A stretch of DNA of 64,000 nucleotides, taken from contig NIVC01000555.1 in the NCBI GenBank assembly GCA_002269645.1, positions 56,556-120,555 on the forward strand. Reading direction: 5' to 3'. A program made the position numbers and the translations under genes. Shown in pieces: positions 12,416-23,874 of this stretch. Positions within the stretch are counted from its first letter, which is position 1, and each line of letters starts with the position of its first letter. This stretch comes from Macrostomum lignano (lineage: Eukaryota). The notes below the pieces were generated by a model that did no database searches, was not told where the DNA came from, and saw only the letters and a list, made by a program, of their open reading frames with translations.

Positions 12416-13249
12416 TCAGTCATCTGAAATTCCAGCATTTCGGAGTTGCTCTTTCAGTTTCTCATTTTCCTGCTCCTGACTACGTATCGTATCTTTCAGT
12501 TTCTTATTTTCCTGCTCCTTACTACGTGTCGTATCTTTAACTCTCTCCCTTCTTCCGTTTTCGATGCTTCTCGTCATGTCTTTAGTCGATCTCTCAAGGC
12601 TAGCAATCAAGTCAGACAGTTGCATCAGGCACCGACGCATCGTTTTCATGCTTCCGCGAGCTTTGATAAACTTGTCAGAGAGCCTACCAAGCACAGCTGC
12701 ACCAAAGCTAACGAGTGCTGCAAAGTTGCCTTTACGTTTTCTGGCAGATTTCTCTTTTCTCTTGCGGTCCGCTTCCCTCGCTAGCTCTTTAACAAAGAGG
12801 GAGCAGTCATTGATGGCGGTGTTTAATTTCTCTTGAGTCACAGAATATTGCTGTCTGCAAGCGGCACATTTTTCCGAAAGTTTATTCATATCTTTCAACA
12901 GCTTGTCTAATTCGGCGGACCTTAATTCATTTTTCTCTTTACTTGATTTAGCGTAATCATCATCAAATTTTTTCCATTCTTTACAGAGTGCATCGCATTT
13001 ACTTTTCAGCTCATCTCCAGAAGATTTCGCACCGTCCATCGAGTCGAGAAACCTGCATTTACTAAAGTCCACGCTGTAAGGGCTGCAATCTGAGAGAGAA
13101 AGCAGCTCGTTTTTTGCGCTTCTTTCCGTACTACGCAGTTCACAAGCAAATTTGCTTGAATCTGAAGCTATCAATTTAGCATTTTGGGTGGCTGGAATTA
13201 GCCACTCAAGGATACCGTTGTACGGGGAATCATTTTCTCCTTGAGCCAT
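12416..13249 (-). CDS. Coiled-coil/helical-bundle protein, paralog 2 (277 aa), lacking most of the hydrophobic segment
   Basis: Intact ORF; aligns with 1-769 (MAQG, NAKLIAS, AKSS, ELDKLL.DM, AINDCSL). 5'UTR intron at the same position (13259-13376). C-terminal 14-aa duplication KDTTRSKEQENKKL/KDTIRSQEQENEKL. Confidence 0.85.
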   Translation of the reverse strand: MAQGENDSPYNGILEWLIPATQNAKLIASDSSKFACELRSTERSAKNELLSLSDCSPYSVDFSKCRFLDSMDGAKSSGDELKSKCDALCKEWKKFDDDYAKSSKEKNELRSAELDKLLKDMNKLSEKCAACRQQYSVTQEKLNTAINDCSLFVKELAREADRKRKEKSARKRKGNFAALVSFGAAVLGRLSDKFIKARGSMKTMRRCLMQLSDLIASLERSTKDMTRSIENGRRERVKDTTRSKEQENKKLKDTIRSQEQENEKLKEQLRNAGISDD

Positions 13250-13544
13250 TTCTCAAAACTGCAATGGAAAATTTACATTGAAAAAACGTTCTTAATTGCA
13301 TTATAGAAACGAGTTTATAGGAAAATAAAAAAGTTGCTAAATAAAGCAGCCAGTTGAATTAGTTATGAACACTTACTCAGCTATACCGGTATTTCGAAGA
13401 CTTGAAAACCTGAATTAGGGTGTGTAAATATAGCTGTGAATGATGCCAAAGTCTGTGCTATGCAGCCGAAGTCATTCAGACTTATATATTCAGATTATTG
13501 ATGTAGGAACATGGAGCTAAGGTAATGCCATGGAAATACCGCGG

Positions 13545-13575
13545 AAACTCCACGGCTTTCCCGCGGAGTTTTCCC
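13545..13575. promoter_or_regulatory. Shared upstream motif (copy 2)
   Basis: aactccacggctttcccgcggagttttccc about 300 bp upstream of the ATG at 13249. Confidence 0.45.
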
Positions 13576-14408
13576 AGATGTCTTCCGAGATGCAGTAAAG
13601 TACAGTACAGTACTATTAAGTACAGTTATGTTTGCGATTTTATGGTGGACGAAGTATATATGTCTAGTTGTATATCGTTTTTGGATTTAGTTTACTTGAC
13701 CTATATTTTTCAGTTTTCAAGCTCTAAGAAACTACAGGACGTCTATTTCGAATCTATTTCGTCTATCTCGAACGAGTCCGTCAGCATCCGGGTCTGAGTG
13801 GTCTCCACCAGCGCCTGGAACAGCACCACCCTCTGGCGGTCAGTTTCGGGCCTCGGACTGCAGGATTGGCCCTCACAGAACGAAAGGCAGCCCAGATGAA
13901 CTGGTGACAATGCGGAAGCTCTGTCTGTAACAAGTTTGTCTTCTGCGAGCACGCAGCAAGGCAGAGACCCAAAATGATATGCCACAAAAAATCTTCAGGA
14001 AGACTCTGCCAGGCACCATTTTGTTCCGGATTCTCTCGCGTTTCATAAGTGGCCGAGGTCCGAGAAAAGTTGCTTTTACTGGCATAGCTTCATAGAGACA
14101 GGAAAAGTTTTGAATATTTCAGCACTGAATTGACTGGCTTGTATACATTCCACCTTTTTAGCTTCCGAATTTCCATTGAAGCAAGAATGTGTCGTGTCTT
14201 ATGCTGATTCTCAAGTTTAAAATGCAACCAGAGGCCGATAAGACAGCAATATATTTAATTCTGACTTTGATTCCAACTGGGCCAGTAAAATGAGAGCATT
14301 ATCAATAAGTCCCAGTCAGTAAAACCCCATTTAGTAACATCCCGTATAGTAAAATCACTGTCAGTAACATGCACTTAGTAAAATCCTAATAAGTAAAAAC
14401 ACAGTCAG

Positions 14409-14919
14409 CAGGGGCATCGACAGGGATTTTATGGTGGGGGGACAAAGCCAAGAATTCTCCATGTACATGTGCATGACTAAATTCCTACATGTACATTATT
14501 CAGAATCAGAGTTGCCAGCGCTCATTTTCGCGCCGCAGGCTCTCATTTTGACGCCGCAGGCACTCATTTTGACGCCGCAGGCACTCATTTTAGCGCCGCA
14601 GACACTCATTTTAGCGCCGCAGGCACTCATTTTGGCGCCGCAGGCACTCATTTTGGCGCCGCGGACACTCATTTTGGCGCCGCAGGCACTCATTTTGGCG
14701 CCGCGGACACTCATTTTGGCGCCGCGGACACTCATTTTGGCGCCGCAGGCACTCATTTTGGCGCCGCAGACACTCATTTTAGCGCCGCAGGCACTCATTT
14801 TGGCGCCGCAGGTGGGGTGTGGTTGGGGGGGGGGGTTGGGGACAAAGCATTGGCATGTCCCCCCATATCTCTTACAGGGGGGACATGTCCCCCCTGTCCC
14901 CCCGGTGGCGACGCCCCTG
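14409..14919. mobile_element. Non-autonomous hAT-type element (511 bp) with an internal 21-bp tandem array
   Basis: Termini CAGGGGCATCGACA / TGGCGACGCCCCTG; 8-bp TSD ACAGTCAG (14401-14408, 14920-14927); about 14 copies of GCACTCATTTTGGCGCCGCAG. Confidence 0.9.
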
Positions 14920-15084
14920 ACAGTCAGTAGATTCCGAGTAGAGGAAAGTTCAGATAAATCCGAGATGCAGGGAAACAAACACGATATAGTCCAAGAAATG
15001 AGTTGAATTCACTTTACACTTCTGCCCTATACAGCAATTAAAACTCCAATCAAATAAGTCAATCCTTCTCATCGTCAACTAGAT

Positions 15085-15373
15085 TCAGAGGGCTGCGTGC
15101 ACCCAGGCGCACTTTAAGCGACATTGTCGCACAACCGGCGAGAGGCATTGCTGCACACATTCCGCCGACTCCACTGCGCAGGCACACACTCACACAGGAG
15201 TGTACAGCGGCCCTAACTTTATTTAGCATAAGCCATGTACAAGCTTCATTGAGCCTTGGGTTGGCCCTAAAGAGCATTAATTACACGAGCAGAGCCAAGC
15301 CGAAATTCCAATTCAGCCCCCAAATTAATGCATGTGCCGCTGGCACGTAAGAGCGCTCTAGGCTACGGTCCCC
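15085..15373 (-). mobile_element. SINE family A, diverged second copy
   Basis: Reverse complement matches 1244-1621 (GCTGAATTGGAAT.TCGGCTTGGCTCTGCTCGTG; AAATAAAGTTAGGGCCGCTGTACACTCCTGTGTGAGTGTGTG). Confidence 0.85.
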
Positions 15374-15576
15374 ATTAACTACAACTTTATGTCACTTTAT
15401 GTCTCTTGCGTCACTGCTAAAAATACCAATATGCTTGTCAACGTGCAATAATATTCAATGAGAGGAATATAAAATACTAAGCAAAAAGTGAACGAAAACA
15501 AGAGTCAGACAGAGACAGTTGCAACTATCCAGCAGGTCAGAGAAGTGATAACCAACGCAATTCCAACGCACTACCG

Positions 15577-15837
15577 ATGCAGGATTCAACAGTCAAAGCT
15601 CCAACAGACATTGTCCCTGCTGGTACTGGCGGGGGCAGCAACGTGAGTACGAGTAGCTGCATGGAGCACTGCCAGCTTGAGCAGGAGCCAGAAGTTCCAA
15701 CAGACATCACCCGTGCTGGTACGGACAATAAACGCAGTGACGCAAGGGAAAATGCCTGCGCCTGTTTGATCATCTGTATGTGCTGTATGGAGTGCTGCCA
15801 GTTCTTTCTAGATATTTTTAAAGATTGTAGCAATTGA
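15577..15837 (+). CDS. CYSTM-like protein copy 3 (86 aa)
   Basis: Polar N-terminus with internal repeat PTDI; tail ENACACLIICMCCMECCQFFLDIFKDCSN. Confidence 0.7.
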   Translation: MQDSTVKAPTDIVPAGTGGGSNVSTSSCMEHCQLEQEPEVPTDITRAGTDNKRSDARENACACLIICMCCMECCQFFLDIFKDCSN

Positions 15838-17034
15838 TTTAAATTTTAATTTGCTAGTCGACGTAGTCGTTGCTTTTTTCGGACTTTTACAAGTCTTTGT
15901 ATTTTAGAAAAACAATTTACCATTTACCATTTAAATGAATACTTTTTAGGAAAGTAAGAACTTGCTTCCATTATTTAATTTTACTCAATAGTAGTTCTCC
16001 ACAATAACAAAGTTTTAATGCGTTATAGCTTGCCATACTTTATTTCGAAGCAAAACTTAAAATATTAAAGTAATGCATGTTTCAGTCTGATACAAACTCA
16101 GCAGTATATGTTAAAGCTTCCACCACGAAACCAGTAGCTCGTAGTCAAATTTTCTCAGATAAGAGTTGGATTAAAGCTACCACTCTCAGATCAGTCCTTA
16201 CGAACTGGTTTTTGGTGGAAAATTTCGAATTGTACTTATTAATTTTATATGTATTATTATTTTTCAATACGATGTTTCGGAAAAATATCCAACTATTTTA
16301 TAGTGGAAAATAAACTGATAACCACAAAGGGCTTGGAAATTTTTCGATTAGGGAGCTCGACAGTGAAAAAAAGCAGATACGCTCACATGTACTTATTTAT
16401 TTCATCAATTCAATCGGTTTTCTTAACTAGAGGCTTGATGTTCTAGCTTGATGTTCTTGTGTAGTGCCAGGCATATACTCGTATTTATAGGTATATTTAA
16501 TTGAAGTGCGTCTAGAATTTTGTACAATTATAACAAATATAAGGTATTTTATTCAATATATTACAGCACTGTCAGAAGTAAATGTCGAAAATATACTCAG
16601 CAACATCGGAAAGTTCGCCATCACAGAAGATTCCGTCTGTGGTCGCCACTTTTGAGAGTGCAGGTAAAGCCTCTCAATCCTTGCGAGTGACGCAACTCAG
16701 CTACGCCACGCGGCAGACTTGAGTTGAGGGATGAAGTGAGGGGAGCGGTGTGCGAGGGTTGGGCGGATTAAAGCTACCTCTCAGTTTTCTCGCATCGTTT
16801 AGTTCAGAATAGTCCAGGAGAAATTGCTATCTGGCACATAGAGTGGCGGAGTGGCGAATTTTCAATTTTGCTGAGTAGACTAATATAGCAAATAGTTAAA
16901 CTATACATAATACGCAGTTCATGTGTAGAAATATTTTGTCAAGGAAGTTCGAAGAAAAGGGGAGAAAATTTTTTTGACTTAAATAGGAATAATTGTTATT
17001 TATAGAAAGTGCATATGTAATAGCTCCTACGTTT

Positions 17035-17225
17035 GGGGTTGTATCTCAGTGGTTAGAGCTTCGGACTCACGACTTGAAGGTCGCGGGTTCGTTTCTCGAC
17101 CCACTGGGAACTATTTGTGTTCATGAGCAAGACACTTAACTCTCTCTGCATTGCTTCAGTTCACCCAGCTGTAAAATGGGTGCCAGCATTAGCTGGGGTA
17201 ATTGAGGGTGTTGTATGCAGCGATG
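17035..17225 (+). mobile_element. tRNA-derived SINE, family B, with CORE-like central domain
   Basis: A-box TATCTCAGTGGTTAGAGC and B-box GGGTTCG, then GAGCAAGACACTTAAC...CAGTTCACCCAGCTGTAAAATGGG, which resembles the MIR/CORE consensus; second copy at 59121. Confidence 0.75.
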
Positions 17226-17419
17226 GAGAGATGTCATTAATACTTATCATTTACTGGAAATTTAGAAAGCTACAATGGAAGCTACAATAACGTATGGAAA
17301 CTTTTAGGTCCTGCTAACTATTAGTAGCAAGATGCTATTTCCGCTCGTAGCTATGTCATAAATAACTAAATTCTCAGTTTCCCCCGAGATAGAAAGGTTT
17401 CGCAGCTAACTTATATTCG

Positions 17420-18214
17420 TATCGTCGGTCTGTTACCAGACGCCTTGGTGATTGACACTGGCTGTACAGTGAACCGATGTAGTGCTTCTGCCATGGTGAC
17501 AAACAATAACTGGATACCCGTCTTGACTTACTTGACTTAGCTGCAGGGGGCGTCCGGCGGATGCAGCGAGGAGGCGGAGGAGACCGCCCATTCCGCTAGC
17601 CCCTGGCGACCAACGACTTCCGTTGAAGTGGTGTCGCTCAGGGGGACCCGTCGGTCTCGCCTGCAGCGCGGTCCTCCTCACCGATGGTGGGGAAGAAATC
17701 AGCTCGTCCGGTGTCCCTGAAGTACCGGGCGAGCAGCGGGATGCTCTCGGGCCTGCAAACGTCGGAGAGAACCGGGTTTGGCCCGAGGTGAGTAAGCCTG
17801 GCCCTGGTGAAAACCGGGCAGTGGCAGATAAAATGCTCGGCGTTTTCACTGCCTGAGCGGCAGAAGGGGCACCGCTCCTCGGGTACTTGGCCCTGAAGGA
17901 AACGGTGGCGAGAGAAGCAGCCATGCCCGGAGAGGGCCATGCTAACTGCTCTGAGGTCTCTGCGGTTGAGCCTGAGGAGGGCTCTACGCAGGAGAGGGGA
18001 GGGGCAGGGGACGGCAGCACGGGATTGCCTACAATTCCGGGTGTCGTGCCACCTGCGGAGATGCTCGGAGTCAGCCCAGCGCTTAACGCGGGAATTGATC
18101 ACCGAGGCGGGGATGGGGGCTCCCGGGCCCGGCCCCAGCAGCGCGCCGACGGAGCCAGCCTTGGCCAGCAGGTCAGCGCGCTCGTTGCCGAGGAAGCCGG
18201 CGTGGCCCGGGATC
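17420..18214 (-). mobile_element. 5'-truncated non-LTR retrotransposon 3' end (RNase H C-terminus plus Zn knuckle; I/R1/Loa-like)
   Basis: IPGHAGFLGNERADLLAK (RNase H), LSGHGCF, CPFCRSGSENAEHFICHCP, then a GC-rich 3'UTR. The 3' boundary is approximate. Confidence 0.85.
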
Positions 18215-18526
18215 ACAGTGAACAATAATGTTTCCGTGACAGCGCACTAATCAGCAGCACATGTGTGTGAATCATCACAGCGGTTGGAGTGTGTGACGGT
18301 GAGGACAATTGGGCATGCGCTGCCAAGTATATTGAGTCTCTTAAAATTCGGTTAAAGCCCCATCTCGAACTGCGATTGCAAATCTCGAAAAACTCGAGCA
18401 AGCGATGCTCTTCATCCGGTCTAAACTGTGAATGTGTTCGCTCAATTAAACCATGAGGATAAACAGGCAAAGAGGCAAACAAAGCTGCGTTTGGCGAGCA
18501 AGAGGCGGCAACAGCGCAACGAAGCA

Positions 18527-19513
18527 TTAAAGGGAAAGCAGCATCTGACCAACCGCCCGAGATTTGCGAGCCACAGAAACACCGTCACTGAAGTAGCGCT
18601 TCACACAGTCAGAGCGCCAGTCAGCCAGGGCCATGATATCAGGCAAGGCCACCTCCGCCTGCAGGGCAAAGCTGGCCCCACCGCGCCGCAGGCTGTGGCC
18701 GGAGAAGGCGGACGGGTTGAAACCGCAGTTACGCAGTGCCTGCCGCAGAAGCGAGGTCAGCAGACGAGGCTTCAAACGCTGCCTTCGCGAGCCCACGAGG
18801 AAGGAGAACAACGGGACTGTGGCGCCGATGCGATTCTGGCGCAGGTGGCGCAACACCGCACCGATAGGGCACCAGCCCGGAGTCGGAATAGGACAGATGG
18901 CTAGAGCGCAGCTCGGCAGCTCCAGAGTCCAGCAGCAGGTCGCCAACTCGGATCAGCCCCCACCAGGACACCAGCAAGGCGGCGCAGAATGCAAACCACA
19001 GGTTCGGGGTACAGTGTCGAGCGCCGTCGCCTGCTTGGTCTGAAGCCCCAGGAAGCGCCGAGCGCCGCTCAAAAGGAACTGCAGCCGTGCCGCCCCTCGA
19101 GCTGGGTCTGGCGAGCCGGCCAGCTGGTGGAGCACCGAGACGGCATTGATGTAGGACCACAGGGCTGAGGAGGCGCTAATCCGTGATTGCACCAGGTGGA
19201 CGATGTAATGGCACAGGTCGCTCTCGCTGGCGGTGGTCGGACCGATGCCCGCCTGATCACATAACGCACGCCAGGCCTTGAATTGGCTGCTGTGAGATTT
19301 CCACAAGCTGTCTGCGAGGGCGAGGCGGCAAAGCAGACCGGCGGAGACCGCCTTCTTGGGCGGCCCGTCTCCAGAGCGGAGGCGACCTGAAAGCGAAGGG
19401 CGGCGCGAGAAGACACCGAGATTGTCAGGCAAAAGGCAGGTATGACCGTAAAAACGAAAGTGGTGTCCCCTTTCATTCGACATCCCCTTGAGATAAGTTG
19501 AAAAAAAATCCAT
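18527..19513 (-). pseudogene. Tyrosine recombinase of DIRS/Ngaro- or Crypton-type element, frameshifted
   Basis: N-terminal ALADSLWKSHSSQFKAWRALC; catalytic residues across three frames: LIRVGDLL (R), GHSLRRGG (HxxR), ADWRS (W), VKRYF (Y). Confidence 0.85.
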
Positions 19514-19917
19514 TTAAGGCGACATAAGTCCACTGAAAGAGTTCGCTAAAGCGATAGAAACTTCGCCTCATTTAACTTTTACTTTAGTTGTTCGCGTCCA
19601 TTCGGCAGTAGAAAGACCCAACAAACTGTTCTGATACAGAAGAATGCTTTTATGTTTGCGTGAAGAAATCGAAGAAGATCTTTGAAAAAGAATCGGCAAG
19701 ACATGTGCACCACATAAGTTCTAACTGAAGAAAATATATATGCAAGGTCCTTTGTAGACAATAGTAACAGCAGACAACAGACGCAATTAGCTGTCTCTGC
19801 AATATTTAGGATTAATCATTTTCATGCATGACAGGAAGACTTTTGCTGTCTTTGCTTCACGAAGATCTTTTATTAAGAGACTTTTTTGACACAAGTCTGC
19901 AATTCTTGTCGCTATAA

Positions 19918-20391
19918 ATGCCAGCTATTTTTGTGGAAAAAATTAGCAAAGTTGTCAACTTTCTCGAAAGATCGGGCTCAAATTTAGCTGAAAATTATTC
20001 GACTAAGAACAGAAGCTCCACAATGTCAATTGGTGAGAAAACTCTATGTACTTGGTCTGAGATGGAGCAGCAACCGCAGGAGCAGCAACCGCTGGAGCAG
20101 CAACCACAGGAGCAGCAACCACAGGAGCAGCAACCACAGGAGCAGCAACCGCAGGAGCAGCAACCACAGGAGCAGCAACCGCACAAGCAACATCCGGAAG
20201 AGCAGCAACCGCAGGAGCAGCAACTGCAGCAGGAACCACTGCAACCAGAAGAATCATCAGATGAAAAGCTGACAGCCCGTCAGGTCTGCTGCTGCCTTTG
20301 CTGCTGCATCTGGCAGGTCTTCAAAGTTATCGTGACCATTTGCTGGGTTTTTCACGGTGTCATTGAACAGATTTTGCGACTGCGGTGCTGA
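19918..20391 (+). CDS. CYSTM-like protein copy 4 with (QQPQE)n tract; start may be 20023 or 20062
   Basis: 15-bp coding repeat, then RQVCCCLCCCIWQVFKVIVTICWVFHGVIEQILRLRC. Confidence 0.7.
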   Translation: MPAIFVEKISKVVNFLERSGSNLAENYSTKNRSSTMSIGEKTLCTWSEMEQQPQEQQPLEQQPQEQQPQEQQPQEQQPQEQQPQEQQPHKQHPEEQQPQEQQLQQEPLQPEESSDEKLTARQVCCCLCCCIWQVFKVIVTICWVFHGVIEQILRLRC

Positions 20392-21857
20392 CTGGCTATA
20401 TCATATACGTAGCGAGCACGCAGAAAGTTCAGACTGAATTAACAAAAGTACACAGCGACTATGCTCCTAAATCCATATTTTATTTATTGGAGCAATTATT
20501 CTCTGAGACTGTAAAGTAGCTGTCTTTAGTTGTGCAAAATAATAAAAGCAATTATCAGAGCAGCTGCAGCCGACTCTGAATACCAAGCATGTGGAACGTC
20601 TCTGTAGAATCTGTCGCTTTAGACATTGCTTGTATATCGTCTAAGGCTTTTTCTGCATGCCTCCTTTGAGAAGCTTTTACCAAGCCTTGCTAAATGTCTA
20701 TCTGTGTCGCAGATTAATTTGTTATTATTACTGTTATATTATACTCGTCATCATAAACAGTGAGAAACAACAACGAAGAATCAATAAAAAGCTTACAAAC
20801 CGGTTTTTATAGCTTCAGATTAACTTTCTAAAATGTGTTTATTAGTCGCTACTACGTACCCATGTCAAGTTTATTTTAACAAAAATTACGGTTCGAGAAA
20901 CTCACTTCACATTTTCAACCATGAATTGGTTTAGTAATGAAAATCAGATGCGTACTTTCGCAAAGAAACTATTTCAATTTAAAAAGTGAAATGTCTTTCT
21001 ATATATAAATAAAATATAAATGAATTCTGATTAATAATAGCCGTATTATAAGAGAAACTCGCGTAGTTAGAATAGAAATTATCTAGTTTCTGGCAATCCG
21101 AATTATCAAGAATTTACGTCAGACAAACGCGGCACAAAAGTTAAGCAATGTATCTAATGTTATTTTAAGTTTTATTTTTATTTTATTTCTATTTAAATGC
21201 AGCAACTGTGAGCATGCAAAAGTGTAATCACTTGCAGTGGCATCCTAATTAACAGCTGGTGATGAACTATTAAGTCTTATAGGGCAATTCTGCGATGCTC
21301 CCTTCTGAACTCTCCATTTTACGAAGTCTCAGACATTCTCGATGGGGTTCATGTCTGGAGAGACTTTGACGGCCTATTTGATATGCAAATAACGTAGCAA
21401 AACAACCCCCATCAGTTCCCTTCTGCTGTAATTTTTGCGGCAGAGCTGTTGTAACTGGGGGTTAGCTGTTGCGAAGTCTGGGAGCACCATGATGACAGTA
21501 AAATTTGAAACAGCACCGACCAAGCTCTTGGAGTTATAAGACGAAGCGGGTAAAGACAATAGAGAGGAAAAACTTTACAACTAGCTACTGCACAACGGCA
21601 TATGTACATATAATATTATATTGTATTCGTGGAAAATATCGATGAATAATAAATTCGGGAAAAAAATTTCATAGGCAAAAACAACAATGTTCGATATGCT
21701 CTACTGAAAGTAGAAATTAAGAAAATATAGCGTAAATGTAAATATTTAATGAGCAAGAGATGCCCTGGTCTTATTTTTTCCTAGGCAAAGACTTGTTTTT
21801 AATTTGGTGCAAACTGTGCTCTTCTTAGATTCCTTTACTCCAGGCTTGAACAGATCA

Positions 21858-22457
21858 TCAAGAGCATACACAGCTTGACGAAGATCCAGAGGATCCAGAG
21901 CTTGACGAAGATCCAGAAGATCCAGAGCGTGATGAAGATCCAGAGGATCCAGAGCTTGACGAAGATCCAGAGGAACCTCCCCCAAATAGAGACCCAAAAG
22001 ATAGGCGAACCAGTTGAAATGGCATTGTGAGCGGAATAAATGTAGCGCGCGATTGAAAGCTGACGCTTTCACCATTTATAGCCCAGCGGACAATGTGCTC
22101 ACAATTGTTCGACACTGCATTGTAGCCGCCTTCTCCGAGTCTACTCTTACATCTTCGTATGACATCAGACCTTTTTGATTCGGAACAGTTGCAGCGATAA
22201 ACGCGTATAGTGCAGCCTTGAATAACGTCGCGAAAGTCGTCTATTCGAATTCTCATGTTATCAACAGGACCGTAGTAATGCCAGATAGCAGGAAAGCTTG
22301 TACCGTCTGGTTTATCTTCCATTCCCATGTAAATTGCGAAGTGATATACACTGCCTCTGTTGAAACTTACACTGGATCCTGGTTTTAAATGTTTCAGCGC
22401 CTCTTCGTAGTTGCATGGTTTGTAGTCAGTATATCCGTTTGTGAATCCGACGCACAT
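21858..22457 (-). CDS. LRAT/PLAAT (HRASLS)-like permuted NlpC/P60 phospholipase/acyltransferase
   Basis: YHFAIYMG (His), WHYYG (His), YNAVSNNCEHIVRWA (NCEH, catalytic Cys); likely ATG 22457 (the ORF extends to 22496); Gly/Ser tail ending CVCS*. Confidence 0.9.
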   Translation of the reverse strand: MCVGFTNGYTDYKPCNYEEALKHLKPGSSVSFNRGSVYHFAIYMGMEDKPDGTSFPAIWHYYGPVDNMRIRIDDFRDVIQGCTIRVYRCNCSESKRSDVIRRCKSRLGEGGYNAVSNNCEHIVRWAINGESVSFQSRATFIPLTMPFQLVRLSFGSLFGGGSSGSSSSSGSSGSSSRSGSSGSSSSSGSSGSSSSCVCS

Positions 22458-22573
22458 TTTTTCTACGGTCTGTGGCAAAAGCAACGAGCGCAACAAGAGA
22501 AAACAAGATTAGTAAAGAAACTTTTATAGGACGCACTACTAAATCACAAAATAAATAAATTTCTGGGTTTTTA

Positions 22574-22606
22574 ACGGATTTTTCGTGGAAATTTCACGGA
22601 GTTTCC
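22574..22606. promoter_or_regulatory. Shared upstream motif (copy 3)
   Basis: acggatttttcgtggaaatttcacggagtttcc, about 120-150 bp upstream of the LRAT-like ATG. Confidence 0.4.
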
Positions 22607-23874
22607 TTTGCATACAGACTGCACTTGAATTGTAACAGTACCAGCTATACGCTTAAGATGAAATGCAAAAACAACTCGAATTTTTTTTAAAACTGCAATG
22701 ATGTCTGGTGCTGGAGCCCCTCAAGTGAAAAATTTTGGCTTTTTCTCTGCCTTAAACTGGTTTCTTTCATATGGTTGAAGGGGACAGATAATGGAATCTT
22801 GTATATAAGAGAATCCTTAAAGTAATGCTGTTGTTGTGCTGTGGGCTGGTATAGCTGTTGTTAACTCATTTCAAATGGATACATCGATCACTCTATCACT
22901 GAATCGATACATTTTAATATCATTCAACAGCTGAACTCAAAATAAAGTATGAAATGGGCTATAATATGTAATGCATTAATGTCAATTCTTACTCGCAGTT
23001 GTGGCAAGTTCCTAGCAAGCGCGGTTTTTCCACGGACAGGCCATCAGAATTTTCTGGCTGTTCCGTTTCTTGTTGCACAGCTAAAGCGTACATCTACATG
23101 TACAATTTTCAGTAAAATTTTCTTCACTTAGGGGAAGGTCACTCCATATCAACGAGTGAAGTATGTTGTACCAGTGTCTCATGATGTATTGTACTGATGA
23201 TCTTATATAGAACACTGTACACTATGCACACTATGCGATACATGGTGCGTTTAATCCTGAAATTCTTTTTGGCGCCACTAAAAGTAAAGTGTTTGGCCTC
23301 TTCTTTCTTTGTGCTGACTGCTATTGCCGAACCCTGTTTACGCTAGCCATGCCACTATATAGTGTACATAGAGAAAATATAAAACTTTCCTGAAATATAG
23401 TCTCTTGAATACATGTAGAAGCAGTTGTAGCTAACCTCAAGAAGCTAAAGAGTACTATTAGTTTTGGCCATTGTTCCATAGTTGTTTCGATCCCCATGAA
23501 CAGTTAACCCCTATATGTAAGTACGCATTTCATCACGTGACTGCACTCCCGCCTTTTATGCTTGTACAGTAATATCTATTCACCTCCTTTTACTTTGCAT
23601 TAGCGAGAAATAAGTTCGTGAAATAATGACTGCTGTGAAAAACGTACATATGCAATACACTTGTTTCGTGTGTAGCTAACTCGAACGTACAAGTATTTTG
23701 TTCCTTATTTAACTAAGCAATCTATATAAGCAATAGAAATTATTGTTTTGATTGTCACATACAAAAAACTCGTAATTCCTATTACTTGTAGCTATAGCTA
23801 ACAGTTAACTTTGTTGTATGTCATTTTGTGAAGAAACCTGTATAGCTTAAGCAAGTATTTCTAAAAGCAAAGCA

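Noticed and set aside
14431-15006. 191-aa and 160-aa repeat ORFs (APQALIL / CGAKMSA)
   Set aside because: They come from the 21-bp array inside the hAT MITE.
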